64,000 bases of DNA from Isurus oxyrinchus (lineage: Eukaryota), in NCBI GenBank assembly GCA_026770705.1, contig JANJGN010000038.1, positions 1,364,001 to 1,428,000 of the forward strand, written 5' to 3'. Shown here one piece after another: positions 63,356 to 64,000 of this stretch. The position numbers and the translations under genes are program-made. The stretch's first letter is position 1, and every line of letters starts with the position of its first letter. The notes under the pieces are model-generated. The model worked only from the letters and a program-made list of their open reading frames with translations. It made no database searches and was not told the origin of the DNA.

Positions 63356-64000
63356 GAAAGAACATGAGTGGTTAGTGTGGCCAGTAGAATAAAACAACGT
63401 TTTAAATTATCAAGGCATAAATACATATTCCACAGAAAAGTTCTCTCTCAAACATTTAGGAAAGAATTAAACACATTGAATCTAACAAAGTGAACCAAAT
63501 TAATTTGAAGAGGGGAATAAAGGTGAACAGAGAGCTGGAGAACCTTTAAAGTCCGTGCTTGAACTTTTGAACCAGATGTATTTACGACATGTCAATAATT
63601 TAGATTGTGTGAGATGATCGACAGGTGGGGAGGATGAATCTAAGTCGATAGTTATCACATTTAGTGGAAAAGTTTTGACATTTATTCTTGGTAGCAGCTC
63701 AAGTGTTGGTGTTGCTGATTCTGATCATTCTAGTAGGTTTAGCATGTTATCTATGGTTTGTTATCAAGAAATTAGGAAAACAAGCTCATAGCTTAGAAAT
63801 AGTGACGTTAGTCAGAAATCAGTTGTGAGAAATCAATAAGGTTATTCCCTTCTCAAACTGGGGAGATTTGTGAGAAATCACTGCCTAATTAACCTTATAA
63901 AATCTTCCGAAATTTATTCAACATAACAGAAATAGCTCTCTCTCTCTCTCTCCCTTGTTTAGGAAGCAAGATTCCTGGCTTGATAAACATCGGACAATGT

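Overview
Eukaryotic, repeat-rich genomic DNA, almost certainly from a cartilaginous fish (shark-type CR1, SINE and Penelope repeats, shark-type ZNF and GPR139-like genes). It is not prokaryotic and has no CRISPR, rRNA or tRNA. The main content is immune-related. (1) A germline-joined immunoglobulin light-chain-like gene on the minus strand: octamer/CCAAT/TATA promoter, leader exon 15346-15301, fused VJ exon 15176-14817, C exon 11217-10897, AATAAA. It resembles sigma-cart/NS5. Its V-J is intact, its C exon has a frameshifting deletion, and its J-C intron holds a cluster of NF-kB-like sites and E-boxes. (2) About 30 kb upstream on the same strand, missed by the ORF track, is a TCR V-alpha/delta-like pseudogene segment (46152-44773) with a 23-bp-spacer RSS. 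It is split by a ~1 kb palindromic Penelope insertion with a 14-bp target-site duplication. Also present: a GPR139/142-like GPCR pseudogene, two C2H2 zinc-finger genes/pseudogenes, a 3'-half class I ERV (integrase-env-LTR), two large Penelope (RT + GIY-YIG) copies whose termini carry hammerhead-ribozyme-like motifs, two ~39-bp minisatellites, Harbinger Myb/SANT remnants, and many CR1/L2/RTE/Tx1 fragments. Repeat boundaries are approximate and family names come from recalled motifs, not database searches.
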